From the NCBI RefSeq assembly GCF_963921235.1, contig NC_086100.1, forward strand, positions 203,300,001 to 203,364,000: a stretch of DNA of 64,000 nucleotides. The letters run 5' to 3'. How positions within the stretch are numbered: the stretch's first letter is position 1; the number at the start of each line of letters is the position of its first letter. Positions 1 to 13,400 of this stretch are shown piece by piece. The stretch comes from Mobula hypostoma. Its lineage: Eukaryota. The translations under genes and the position numbers were made by a program. Below the pieces are notes generated by a model. It did no database searches and had not been told where the DNA came from. It saw nothing but the letters and a program-made list of their open reading frames with translations.

Positions 1-2856
1 CATCGATTTGAATGCTAGGAGCATTGTAGAGAAGGTGGATGAGCTTAGAGTATGGATTGATAACTGGAAATATGAAGTAGTAGCTATTAGTGAATCATGG
101 TTGCAGGAGGGGTGTGATTGGCAACTAAGTATTCCTGGATTTCGTTGCTTCAGGTGTGATAGAATCGGAGGGGCAAGGGGGGAGGTGTAGCATTGCTTGT
201 CAGAGAAAATATTATAGCAGTGCTTTGGCAAGATAGATTAGAGGACTCGTCTAGGGAGGCTATTTGGGTAGAATTGAGGAATGGGAAAGTTGTAGTAACG
301 CTTATAGGGGTGTATTATAGACCATCTAATGGGGAGTGAGAATTGGAGGAGCAAATTTGTAAGGAGATAGCAGATATTTGTAGTAAGCACAAGTTTGTGA
401 TTGGGGAAGATTTTAATTTTCCACACATAGACTGGGAAACCCATTCTGTAAAAGGGCTGGATGGTTTGGAGTTTGTAAAATGTGTGCAAGATTGTTTTTG
501 CAGCAATACATAGAGGTACCAACTCAAGAACTGGCAGTGTTGGATCTCCTGTTAGGGAATGAGATAGGTCAGGTGACGGAAGTATGTGTTGGGGAGCAAA
601 TAGGGTCCAGTGATCACAATGCCATTAGTTTCAATATAATTATGGAGAAGGATAGGACTGGACCCAGGGTTGAGATTTTTGATTGGAGAAAGGCTAACTT
701 TGAGGAGATGCGAAAGGATTTGGAAGGAGTGGATTGGGACAATTTGTTTTATGGGAAGGATGTAATAGAGAAATGGAGGTCATTTAAAGGTGAAATTTTG
801 AGGGTACAGAATCTTTATGTTCCTGTTAGGTTGAAAGGAAAGGTTAAAAGTTTGAGAGAGCCATGGTTTAAAGGGATATTGGATACTTGGTTCGGAAAAA
901 GAGAGAGATCTGCAATAAATATAGGGAGCATGGAGTAAATAAGGTGCTTGAGGAATATAAACAATGTAAAAAGAATCTTAAGAAAGAAATTAGAAACGCT
1001 AAAAGGAGATATGCGGTTGATTTGGCAAGTAAGTTGAAAATAAATCCAAAGGGTTTCTACAGTTATTTTAACAGCAAAAGGATAGTGAGGGATAAAATTG
1101 GTCCCTTAGAGAATCAGAGTGTACAGCAATGTGTGGAACCAAAAGAGATGGGGGAGATTTTGAACAATTTCTTTTCTTCGGTATTCACTAAGGAGAAGGA
1201 TATTGAATTGTGTAAGATAAGGGATAAAAGTAGGGTAGTTACGGAAACTATGACGATTAAAGAAGAGTGAGTACTGGCGCTTTTAAGGAATATGAAAATG
1301 GTTAAGTCTCCGGGTCCTGACAGGACATTCCCTAGGACATTGAGGGAAGTTAGTGTGGAAATAGCAGGGGCTCAGATAGAAATATTTCAAACGTCAGTAG
1401 AAACGGGGATGGTGCCGCAGAATTGGCGTATTTCTCATGTTGTTCTTCTGTTTAAAAAGGGTTCTAAGAGTAAATTATCGACCTGTGAGTTTGACGTCAG
1501 TGGTGAGTAAATAGTTGGAAAGTATTCTTAGAGATGGTATATATAATTATCTGGATAAACAGGGCCTGATTTGGAACAGCCAGCATGGATTTGTGCGTGG
1601 AAGGTCATGTTTGACAAAACTTATTGAATTTTTTTAAGAGGTTACTTGGAAAGTTGACGATGGTAAAGCGGTGGATGTTGTCTACATGGACTTCATTAAG
1701 GCCTTTGACAAGGTTCCGCATGGAAGGTTACTTAGGAAGGTTCAATCGTTAGGTATTAATATTGAAGCAGTAAAATGTATTCAGTGGTGGCTGGATGGGA
1801 GACACCGGAGACTAGTGGTGGAAAACTGTTTGTCATGTTGGAGGCCGGTGTCTACTGGTGTGCCTCAGGGATCTGTACTGGGTCCAATGTTGTTTGTCAG
1901 ATATATTAATGATCTGGATGATGGGGTGGTAAATTGGATTTGTAAGTATGCAGATGATACTAAGATAGGTGGAGTTGTGGATAATGAAGTAGATTTTCAA
2001 AGCTCGCAGAGAGATTTAGGCCAGTTAGAAGAGTGGGCTGAAAGATGGCAGATGGAGTATAACGCTGATAAATGTGAGGTGCTATATTTTTCTAGGACTA
2101 ATCATAATAGGACATACATGGTAAATGGTAGGGCATTGAAGAATGCAGTAGAACAGAGGAATCAAGGAATAATGGTGCATAGTTCCCTGAAGGTGGAATC
2201 TCATGTGGATAGGGTGATGAAGAAAGCTTTTGGTATGCTGGCCAATATAAATCAGAACATTGAGTATAGGAGATGGGATGTAATGTTCATATTCTAGAAG
2301 GCATTGGTGAGGCCAAATTTGGAGTATTGTGGACAGTTCTGGTCAAGAAATTATAGGAAATATGTCAACAAAATTGAAAGAGTACAGAGAAGATTTAGTA
2401 GAATGATACCTGGGTGTCATCTGCTAAGTTACAGAGAAAGGTTGAACAAGTGGGGTCTTTATTCTTTGGAGCGTAGAAGGTTGAGGAGGGACTTGATAGA
2501 GGTATTTAAAATGATGGGGAGGATAGATAGAGTTAACATGGATAGGCTTTTTCCATTGAGAGTGGGGGTGATTCAAACAAGAGGACATGAGTTGAGAGTT
2601 AAAGGGCAAAATTTTAGGGGTAACATGAGGGGGAACGGCTTTACTCAGAGAGTAGTAGCTGCGTGGAACGAGCTTCCAGCAGAAGTGGTTGAGGCAGGTT
2701 CGATGTTGTCATTTAAAGTTAAATTGGATAGATATATGGACAGGAAGGGAAATGAGTGCGGGTCGGTGGACTAGGTGAGTGTAAAAGTTCGGCGCGGACT
2801 AGAAGAGCCGAGGTGGCCTGTTTCTTGACTGTAATTGTTATATGGTTATATGGTTA
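1..2856 (+). mobile_element. CR1-clade LINE (family A), decayed ORF2 (APE + RT), cut by window start
   Basis: APE motifs (NARSI, ISESWL, SSDH) and RT motifs ([22 protein letters not shown]) spread over several frames; 3' tail of TTATATGG repeats at ~2838-2856. Confidence 0.93.
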
Positions 2857-5855
2857 AAAGAGGAGAGCAGTAGTGATAGGGGATTCGATAGTTAGGGGGA
2901 CAGACAGGAGGTTCTGTGGGAGAGATCGAGAATGATGGATGGTCTGTTGCCTCCCTGGTGCCAGGGTCCGTGAAATTTCGGATCGTGTTCTCGGTATTCT
3001 GAGGAAGGACGTTGAGCATCCAGACGTCGTGGTCCATGTAGGGATCAATGACGTGCATAGCAAGAAGGAGGAAGGTCTGCAAAGGAAGTTTAGGGAGTTA
3101 GGTGCAAAGTTGAAGGACAGGACCTCCAGGGTTGCAATCACTGGATTGCTACCCGTGCCACGTGCTAATAAAGGTGGAAACAGAAGATAATGCAGCTAAA
3201 TAGTTGATGAGGAGTCTATGCAGGAGGGAGGGATTCATGTTTCTGGACAACTGGGCCTTGTTTCAGGGAAGGTGGGACCTGTTCCGACAGGACGGGTTGC
3301 ACCTGAACTGGAGGGGGATTAACATCCTTGCGGCAATGTTGTGCTGCTCTGTGGGGGTGGGGGGTTAAAGTAGATTTGCAGGGGGTGGGGAACCAGAGTG
3401 TTAGAGCAGATAATGAGGTAGGAGAGGATAAAAGTCATCCGAGAACTGCAAGTATAGTGCATGGAGTAAAGCCAAATCTAACATATAAAGAGGCTTTGAG
3501 GAAAAAGAAACAGAATAAACGGTGTAAAGGTAGTAAGGTAGAAGGGCTAAAGTGCATGTACTTCAATGCAAGAATCATCAGGAGCAAAGGTGATGAACTG
3601 AGAGCTTGGATACATACATGGCATTATGATGTAGTGGCCATTATTGAGACTTGGCTGGCACCAGGGCAGGAATGGATTCTCAATATTCCTGGATTTCAGT
3701 GCTTTAAAAGGGATAGGCAGGGTGGAAAATGGGAGGAGGGGTGGCATTACTGGTCAGGGATACTATTACAGCTACAGAAAGGGTGGGTAATGTAGCAGGA
3801 TCCTCTTTTGAGTCAGTATGGGTAGAAGTCAGGAACAGGAAGGGAGCAGTTACTCTATTGGGGGTATTCTATAGGCCTCCTGGTAGCAGCAGAGACACCG
3901 AGGAGCAGATTGGGAGGCAGATTTTGGAAAGGTGCAAAAATAACAGGGTTGTTATCATGGGTGACTTTAACTTCCCTACTATTGATTGGCACCTGATTAG
4001 TTCCAAGGGTTTGGACGGGGCAGAGTTTGTTAAGTGTGCCCAGGGTGAAAGAAAATCCACAAGGCATTATTCAATTATGTGAAGAAAAAAAGGATGACAG
4101 GAGTGAAGGTAGGACCAATTAGAGATAAAGGTGGGAAGATGTGCCTGGAGGCTGTGGAAGTGAGCGAGGTCCTCAATGAATACTTCTCTTCGGTATTTAC
4201 TAATGAGAGGGAATTTGATGAAGGTGAGGACAATATGAGTGAGGCTGATGTTCTGTAGCATGTTGCTATTAAGGGAGAGGAGGTGTTGGAGTTGTTAAAA
4301 TACATAAGGATGGCTAAGTCCCCGGGGCCTGACTGAATATTCCCCAGGCTGCTCCCCGAGGCGAGGGAAGAGATTGCTGAGCCTCTGGCTAGGATCTTCA
4401 TGTTCTCGTGGTCCCGGGAATGGTATTGGAGGATTAGAGGGAGGCGGATGTTGTCCTCTTGTTCAAAAAAGTTCGTATGGATAGTCCGGGTAATTATAGT
4501 CCAGTGAGCCTTACGTCTGTGGTGGGAAAGCTGTTGGAAAAGATTCTTAGAGATAGGATCTATGGGCATTTAGAGAATCATGGTCTGATCAGGGCCAGTC
4601 AGCAAGGCTTTGTGAAGTGCAGATCGTGTCTAACAAGGCTGATAGAGTTTTTTGAGGAGGTGACCAAGCATATAGATGGGGGTAGTGCAGTGGATGTGAT
4701 CTATATGGATTTTAATAAGGCATCTGACAAGGTAGGCTTATTCAGAAAGTCAGAAGGCATGGGATCCAATGAAGTTTGGCCAGGTGGATTCAGAATTGGT
4801 TTGCCTGCAGAAGGCAGAGAGTGCTGGTGGAGGGAGTACATTCGGATTGTAGGATTGTGACTAGTGGTGTCCCAGAAGGATCTGTTCTGGGACCTCTACT
4901 TTTGGTGATTTTTGTTAACGACCTGGATGTTGGGGTAGAAGGGTGGGCTGACAAATTTGCAGACCACACAATGTTTGGTGGTGTTCTGGATAGTGTTGAC
5001 TATTGTCGAAGATCGCACAGAGACTTGATAGGATGCAGAATTGGGCTGACAAGGGGCAGATGGAGTTCAACCCGGAGAAGTGTGAGGTGGTACACTTTGG
5101 AAGGAATAACTCCAAGGCAGAGTACAAACTAAATGACAGGATACTTGGTAGTGTGGAGGAGCAGAGGGATCTGGGAGTACATGTCCATAGTTCCCTGAAA
5201 GTTGCCTCACAGGTGGATAGGGTAGTTAAGAAAGCTTATGTGGTGTTAGCTTTCATAAATCGAGGGACAGAGTTTAAGAGTCACGGGGTAATGATGCAGC
5301 TCTATAAAACTCTGGTTAGGCCACACTTGGAGATCTGTGTCCCTTTCTGGTCGCCTCACTATAGGAAGGATGTGGAAGAATTGGAAAGGGTACAGAGGAG
5401 ATTTACCAGGATGCTGCCTGGTTTAGAGAGTATGCATTATGATCAGAGATTAAGGGAGCTAGGGCTTTACTCTTTGGAGAGAAGGAGGATGAGAGGAGAC
5501 ATGATAGAGGTATACAAGATATTAAGAGGAATTGATAGAGTGGATAGCCAGCGCCTCTTCCCCAGGGCACCACTGCTCAATACAAGAGGACATGACTTTA
5601 AGGTAAGGGGTGGGAAGCTCATAGGGAATATTAGCGGAAGGTTTTTTTACTCAGAGTGTGGTTGGTGCGTGGAATGCACTGCCTGAGTCTGTGGTGAAGG
5701 CAGATACACTGGTGAAATTTAAGAGACTACTACACAGGTATATGGAGGAATTTCAGGTGGGAGATTATATGGGTGGTAGGGTTGAAGGGTCGGCAAAGCA
5801 ATGTGGGCCGAAGGGGCTGTATTTTGCTGTACTATTCTATGTTCTGTGTTCTATG
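2857..5855 (+). mobile_element. CR1 LINE (family B), 5'-truncated in ORF1, internal deletion of ~540 bp at ~4045
   Basis: SGNH esterase motifs (VIGDS, PGARV, HVGIND), APE, RT, and a (TTCTATG)n tail. The deletion is seen by comparison with the copy at 23313-23855. Confidence 0.92.
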
Positions 5856-6246
5856 CTCTTACTAAAAAGCATTATGAATTTGAAAACAATGTTCGGACAT
5901 TTTTGACCAGATTGGAGTCCAAATACCAGATCAAGTGCAGCCTCTTCTCTTATAGCCTGATCTTCATATTGTGTCAGGAAACCTTCCTGAACATACCTAA
6001 CAAATTCCACCGCATCTAAACCCTTTGCTCTAGGGAGGTTCCGATCAATATTTGGGAAATTAAAATCTCCCACCACGACACCCTGTTATTATTACACCTT
6101 TCCAGAATCTGTCTCCTTATCGGCTCCTCGATGTTGCTGCTACTATTGGGTGGTTTATTATAAACACACAATAGAGTTATTGACGCTCCACACATCAAAG
6201 TTGCTGGTGAACGCAGCAGGCCAGGCAGCATCTATAGGAAGAAGCG

Positions 6247-6284
6247 CAGTCGACGTTTCAGGCCGAGACCCTTCGTCAGGACTA
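6247..6284 (-). ncRNA. Minimal type I hammerhead ribozyme motif
   Basis: UAGUC-CUGACGA-[short stem II]-GAAAC-GUC-GACUG: both core boxes present, 5-bp stem I, and a palindromic ACGU in place of stem III as in Penelope-type minimal hammerheads. Confidence 0.7.
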
Positions 6285-6289
6285 ACTGT

Positions 6290-6327
6290 TAGCCCTGACG
6301 AAGGGTCTCGGCCTGAAACGTCGACTG
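6290..6327 (+). ncRNA. Minimal type I hammerhead ribozyme motif (mirror copy, one stem I mismatch)
   Basis: CUGACGA 6295-6301, GAAAC 6315-6319, GUC triplet 6320-6322; stem I UAGCC/GACUG. Confidence 0.6.
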
Positions 6328-6679
6328 CGCTTCTTCCTATAGATGCTGCCTGGCCTGCTGCGTTCACCAGCAACTTTGATGTGTGTTGCTTGAATTTCCA
6401 GCATCTGCAGAATTCCTGTTGTTTGAGTTATTGACGCTACCTGTTTTTAACATACGCCCACAGAGACTAAGTAGACAATCCCTCCATGACTTCCTCCTTT
6501 TCTACAGCCGTGATATTATCTCTGATACGCTTCATCACGCCCCCTCCTCTTTTGCTCCGAACCTGTAATTTCTAAAACATGTCCTCTCTTTGACTTTTAT
6601 GTTTGCTTTGAATACTATTATTAACCGCGGTTTTATCATATCGTGCTGCTCCTTTCTGATTCAATAAAATAGGACCATA

Positions 6680-7790
6680 TTCGAATGATTTGATTTCATT
6701 TTGACGAACAGAGCAACGGCACCCTCTCTGACCTTCTGCATTCCTTTCGAGACAAAGGGAATCCTTGGACATTCAGCTCCCAGCTGTACTCTTTTTGAGC
6801 CATGATTCGGTGACGATTCGAACATCATACGTGCCAATCTGTAACTGTGGTACAAGTTGACCTAGATTATTCCGTATACAGCGCTCTTTCAGATATAACA
6901 CCTTCAGTCCTGTCTTCGCCCTTTTTGGATTTTGTCCACGCTTTACCTTGGACCTGATATTGTTTTCTGATGATTTGCTCTATTATCAGCCTCTCCTTGC
7001 GAGGAGTCTCACTACAGATCGCCTCTGTTTGTAAACCAGCTAACTCAATCTCAGGTTCCCATTGCCCTTCCAAACAGATTACACCCGCCCGAACAACTCT
7101 AGCCAAATCGCTCCCAAGGATTTTAGATCACTTTGGTTTCAAAGGTAACCAGTCCCCATGCACCTCTTCCCCATCCACAGACACCTGCCAAATCATCTTA
7201 TTCTTAGCCTTACTGGTATGCGGCACAGGCAGCAAATGAGCTGTTCCTCACGTGGTCTACCTCCACCATTGGAGTCAATAAGTACAAAGACTTCTGTCTT
7301 CTCAACCTCTCCCTTCGGAATGCCAGGGCATATATCCGATATATCCCTGATCCTGGCAGTAGGGAAACAACATGCCATCGGAGTGTATCTATCGTGCCAG
7401 CAGAACCTCATGTTTGTTCCTCTGACGAAGGAATCTCCAATCAGCACGGCAGTCCTGTTGAACTGTCTGCCTTTTTGGGTCGGAGCATCAGACGCAGTAC
7501 CACAGATCCGGTCACGCTATCTAAAGATGCATAAATATCATTGAGGGCAACATCCATAAGTGTACAGTGTACTGGTGGTGTATTTCTCCTCCTTCTTCTG
7601 ATATTCTCCCAGTCACCTGTCTCCTGCAATCTCGGGGTGACTACCACCCTGTAGTTCCTATCTGTCACCTTCTCATTTTTCCCTATGAGTCAAAGGTCAT
7701 TGCGCGGAATATGACACACATCATAGCCTTCCCTTCTGCAGACGGTCCTGCTGGATGTGACAAAGTAGTCGTGGAATATCCACATACACT
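6680..7790 (-). mobile_element. Old CR1 fragment (ORF1 esterase + start of APE)
   Basis: LIGDSFVRG...ARIRDISD (ORF 7193..7447) and degenerate APE N-terminal motifs. Confidence 0.75.
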
Positions 7791-8712
7791 GGTTTGAGCA
7801 CAAACCTATTTCTGTTTGCAGAAATATAGTTGAATAATTGATAGACAGACTACTCTTACAACTGAGATTTCCTTTGCATGACGATTAGTCCCCGATCGGG
7901 CAGGACCCATGGTAAATAATCACGTGTTTTGATTCAACATCAAATGTCAGATGCCAAAATAACTCAACAGATGTATTCACTATCGAGGTAGTTCTGACGG
8001 TTGATCATTTTTTATGTCATTTCATTAAAATTATAAAACGGTGTGAAACGATTTTACCATGTATTTATTTCACAAAACAACACTACACAGAATCACGTTG
8101 TACCTTAAATCGAAACCACAATGATCACACAGAGATGATATTTTTCTTCTAATTCCCTCAGTCACTGATGACAACAGAGGAAGATAAATTGGGATTTAAC
8201 CAATAAGTCCGAGGTAACGAACACTAATCGAGTTTCCTCATCCCTACAGTAAATTTCTACGGCACTCTGAGCGGTATTGTACCGGACCTGCCACAGTTTA
8301 GAGAGAGAGATCTGGCCCAGAGCGGAGTCCGCGGCGACCGGTCTGGTCAGTCATTGCCTCAATGTCGGGACGGTACTTGAGCTAATTGCCTTGCAACCGG
8401 TCCTTATGAAGCCGTGGTACCGTCGGATATTTCTTCCTCTCCATCATTCCGACTGACCTACCAAGTACCGACAGAATTTCTGTGTGTGGTATGTTACTGC
8501 CTACGCGTTTTGTAAGCATATTTTGTAAGCTAACGTCAATAATACAACAATAGATATAAATGTATCAAACCTCCCAGCCATATCTCCATGTAAAATTAAA
8601 CCATTGAAATAACTTGAATTACATTTAGAATCTCAACTTACGGCGAAGGCTTCCTTTCATTGTCCAAAACAGAAAATATGCACTGCAGCGTAGTACAAAC
8701 TTGTAACGTTAC

Positions 8713-8782
8713 CTGGAATACCAAGCGCTGCAAGCAGCGGGTAGTAAACCCTGACGATGTTGAAAATTGCGGAATATCCCAT
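8713..8782 (-). CDS. Coding exon 1 of a second GPR139-like paralog (MGYSAIFNIVRVYYPLLAALGIP); exon 2 not found in window
   Basis: Same 70-nt length, same phase-1 donor position (G|GTAACG), and 16/23 aa identical to exon 37667..37736. Confidence 0.75.
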
Positions 8783-9139
8783 TTTCTACTTGAAGTTGCG
8801 ATTATTTGTAGAAATTGTCCTAATTGCGAGGGTTTCTTATACAGCAGTCAGAACCACAATTAAACTAGTTAGTGTTCCCACTGGTCACATTAGACATAAT
8901 CCATTGAACAAACACTCAGAGTCAACCATCTTTACTCATTGCGTCATTGTCGGTCGTATTTGGCTATCAAATGTTAAAGAGAAATTGTCTGCATTCATGA
9001 TTACCTCATTATTTTAACGTCCAACAAATCTGATCAGCTGCAGAAACGCAAGTACCACATATTCACCACCCGCAAGCACAAGATTTTCATCTTTATCTCT
9101 GTTCAGAAGGAACAACCCTCTGTTCTGTGCCACGTGGAC

Positions 9140-9500
9140 CGGAAGTAAAACAAGGTGCGCGGTATGTCTGCCTTCATCATAGAGGCATTTGGAGTAGTAG
9201 GGATATCGTGTTATAGTTGTGCAAAATAATAACTGGGCTGCCTTCCGATCATTGTATTGAAATGTGGTGACCGCCGCAATCGAAGGGTGTAATTAAACTG
9301 GAGATGATGCACTCCATCTTCACATAGATTTTGCCGGACTGGGAGGCTTGAGTTGCAACGGAGATTTCAGATAGGCATATGAATACATAGGAAATAGAAG
9401 CATATAGATCACATTCATACAAATACAGAAGAGATTTAGTTTTATGTTTAGCATAGACGGTGAGCTGAGGTACGATTCAGGTGGGATAGTACTCTATGTT
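9140..9500 (+). mobile_element. Highly decayed CR1 3' fragment
   Basis: Residual similarity to the RT C-terminal region and an actctatgttct tail. Confidence 0.5.
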
Positions 9501-10414
9501 CTCGCTGAGCTGCAATGATGTTCGCCAAGGTCACACGTAACTTTGTCTGTGGCCACGACAAAGACTCCAGAATGGTGCGTTTCTTTTCCAGTGCCAGTGT
9601 TAAGCGTCATTTATGTAGAAAAGTGTGGATTTACAACAATAACTATCAGCAGTGCAGATGAGACATGAACAGCCCACATTACATTATGAACTCTGAGGCT
9701 AATAACTAGCACCTACAGCCCAGTGTGAACAGGCAGCTTTCACTTGCCTGTCTCAACAAGAGCAGGACACATCTCAGCACAAATCAGTTTGAGGTCTTTC
9801 CAGAGTCGTCCCAGCGCAATTTCAGCAATATACAATAGGGATGTGTGCATGTATAAACAAATCACTTTACAGCGGGGATAAAAAGGTCTATAATGTCGAT
9901 AAGGTGGGGAGTTCAGTCTATATCTCTGATATAACCCACTACCCCACGACCTCCAGCCGAACACACGTCTGTTACGGTTCTGTAACTTTAAGTAAAACAA
10001 ATACAATATAAAACAAAATAGGACTTTGCAAGTGTATTTGAGAGCCCGGCGGCGCCGCACAGTTTAGTACACATGCAGATAAACTGTATAAATTTACTGA
10101 CGTAACACACAGGCACAGAAAATGCTGGATCACCTCAATAGACGAGGCAGCATCCATGCAAAAAAGTAAGGAATCGACGTTTCGTAGTCAGGTTCTCTTG
10201 TTGTTGTTCTATTTTATTTATTTTCAGACGAATCAGCAGAGCAGACCCCACAAGCTTCCACGCAATTAAGGAGTACTCACCGTATTCAAGTGACTGGTTC
10301 GTTTGAATATCTGCTCAATGTTAAAATTCAGATGTATAACGCTTTTCAACTCAGTGACGGGAAAGTAATTGAATGTCAATGTCAGCTCGTTACATTCTTT
10401 CTTATTACAGAAGT

Positions 10415-13400
10415 CCATACGACCATAAGACATGAGCACAATTAGACCATTTGGCCCATCGAATTTGTTCTGCTATTCAGTCATGGCGGTTCCTTTATTT
10501 TTTCCTCCCCAACGCCATTTCGAACCCTTCGCCCCGCAACTTTGATGTCCTATCAAGAAAACACCAATCTCTGCCTTAAAAAATAACAACGACCTACCCT
10601 CCACAGCTGCATGTGGCAACAAATTCCACAATTCACCACCATCTGGCTGAAGAAAATTCTCCGCATCTCTGTTTTGAATGGAGGCTGTGGCATCTTGTCC
10701 TAGACTCTTCCACCATGGGAAACACCCTTTTCAAATCTACCGCGTCTAGGCCTTTCAAAATTGGGAAGGTTTCAATGAGATAACCCCCTCATTCTTCTAA
10801 ATTCCAGCTCTTACAGAACCACAGCCATCACACCTTCCTCGTTCGATAACCCTTTCATTCCCGGATTCATCCTTGTTAACCTTCTCTGATCCAGCTCAAT
10901 GCCATCACATCTTATCTTAGATGAGGAGCCCAAATCTGTTCATAATACTCAAGGTGAGGCTTCACCAGTGTCTAAAAAGTCTCAGCATCACATCCCGGCT
11001 CTTGTATTCTACCTCTTGAAATGAATGCTAACATTCCAGTTGACTCCTCACTACCGACTCAACCTGAAAGTTAACCTTTAGAATGTTCTGCACAACGTCT
11101 CCTAAGTCCAATTGCATCTCATATTTTTGGATATTCACCTGTTTAGTCCGTAAATTCATTTCTATTACTAAAGTTCATGACAATGCATTTGCCAACATTA
11201 TAATTCATTTGTCACGTTCTTTCCCATTCTCCTAATCTTCATCCTACCTGTTTCCTCAATACTACCTGCCTCTCCAGCAATCTTCGCAGCATCTGCAAAA
11301 TTCCAACAAAGCCATGAATTTCATCATCTAAATCGTTTATATATAGCGTAAAAGGAAGTGGTTCTAACATTGACCCCGGCAGAACTCTACTGGTCAAACA
11401 TAGAAACATAGAAACATAGAAAATAGGTGCAGGAGTAGGTCATTCGGCCCTTCGAGCCTGCACCGCCATTCAGTATGATCATGGCTGATCATCCAACTCA
11501 GAACCCTGTACCAGCCTTCCCTCCATACCCCCTGACCCCCGTAGCCACAAGGGCCATCTCTAACTCCCTCTTAAATATAGCCAATGAACTGGCCTCAACT
11601 GCTTCCTGTGGCAGAGAATTCCACAGATTCACCACTCTCTGTGTGAAGAAGTTTTTCCTCATCGTAGTCCTAAAAAGCTTCCCCTTTATCCTCAAACTGT
11701 GACCCCTCGTTCTGGACTTCCCCAACATCGGGAACAATCTTCCTGCATCCAGCCTGTCCAATCCCTTTAGGATTTTATACGTTTCAATAAGATCCTTCCT
11801 CAATCTTCTAAATTCCAACGAGTATAAGCCTATTCTATCTAGACTTTCATCATATGAAGTTCCTGCTTTCCCAGGAATCAATCTGGTGAACCTTCTTTGT
11901 ACTCCCTCTATGGCAAGGATGTCTTTCCTCAGATTAGGGGACCAAAACTGCACACAATACTCCAGGTGTGGGCTCACCAAGACCTTGTACAACTGCAGTA
12001 GTACCTCCCTGCTCCTGTACTCGAATCCTCTTGCTATAAATGCCAGCATACCATTCGCCTTTTTCATCGCCTGCTGTACCAGCATGCCCACTTTCAATGA
12101 CTGGTGTATAATGACACCCAGGTCTCGTTGCACCTCCCCTTTTCCTAATCGGTCACCATTCAGATAATAATCTGTTTTCCTGTTTTTGCCAGCAAAATGG
12201 ATAATCTCACATTTATCCACATTAAATTGCATCTGCCATGAATTTGCCCACTCACCTAACCTATCCATCCTAAGCATCCTCTTAGCATCCTCCTCACAGC
12301 TAACACTGCCGCCCAGCTTCGTGTCATCCGCAAACTTGGAGATGCTGCATTTAATTCCCTCATCTAAGTCATTAATATATATTATAAACAACTCGGGTCC
12401 CAGCACTGAGCCTTGCGGTACCCCTCTAGTCACTGCCTGCCATTCTGAAAAGGTCCCGTTTATTCCCACTCTTTGCTTCCTGTCTGCCAACCAATTCTCT
12501 ATCCACATCTATACCTTACCCCTAATACCGTGTGCTTTAAGTTTGCACACTAATCTCCTGTGTGGGACCTTGGCAAAAACCTTTTGAAAATCCAAATATA
12601 CCACATCCACTGGTTCTCCCCGATCCACTCTACTAGTTACATCCTCAAAAAATGCTATCAGATTCGTCAGACATGATTTTCCTTTCACAAATCCATGCTG
12701 ACTTTTTCCGATGATTTCACCGCTTTCCAAATGTGCTGTTATCACATCTAAACGCAGCCTAACAGACAAGGATCCTGTTATCCCCACTCGCTGCCTTCTT
12801 CCAATCAGCCAGTGCTCTATTCAAAATTACTAGAAGTAATTTTAGTAGTTAAGTAGTTACTAAATTACTTTTAATATCATGGGCTCTTAACTTGATAAGC
12901 AGCCTCATGTGTGCCACCTTGTCAAAAGCCTTCTAAATGTCCAAATGTACAACATACACTGCATCCTGACTATCTATCTTATTTGTAATCTCCCCAAAGA
13001 ATTCCAAAGGTTCGTCAGGAAATAATTCCCTTTAAGGGAATTATTTCTTACTTTGTCCTATCTTGTCCTATGTCACCAAGTACTCTATCAGCTTGCCCTT
13101 GACAATTGAATGTAACATCTTCCCAAGCACCGAGGACCGGCTAACTGGCTAATTTCCTTTCTGCTGCCTTCCTTCTTTCTTAAAGAGTGGATTGACATTT
13201 GTAACTTTCCAGTCCTCTGGCACCATGCCAGACTCCAATGATCTTTAAAAGATCATTGCTGATGCCGCCACAATCTCTAAAGCTACCCCCTTCAGAACCC
13301 GACGATGCAGTTTATCTGGTCCGGATGACTTAAGTACGTTTAGGTTTTTCAGCTTTTGGAGAAGCCTTGTAAGAATAACCGCATCCACGTCTGTTCCTTC

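Larger units (their letters stand above)
6188..6424. mobile_element. Fold-back, Penelope-related miniature element with 14-bp TSD
   Basis: GAGTTATTGACGCT duplicated at 6174-6187 and 6425-6438. 6189-6385 is a palindrome centred on 6287 with one mismatch. Arm sequence resembles the terminus of the Penelope-like element at 61171-61280. Confidence 0.85.
5890..6570 (-). mobile_element. Old CR1 APE-domain fragment, interrupted by the fold-back element
   Basis: GDFNFPNID...LDLV and KRGGG...YNKPPNSS peptides on the minus strand. Confidence 0.8.

Noticed and set aside
6150..6434. Two opposite-strand ORFs encoding the same peptide (LVNAAGQAASIG...)
   Set aside because: A direct consequence of the DNA palindrome; no evidence of coding function.
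8245..8485. Possible MITE (tacagtaaattt ... aatttctgtg)
   Set aside because: Terminal inverted match is too short and imperfect, and there is no clear TSD.
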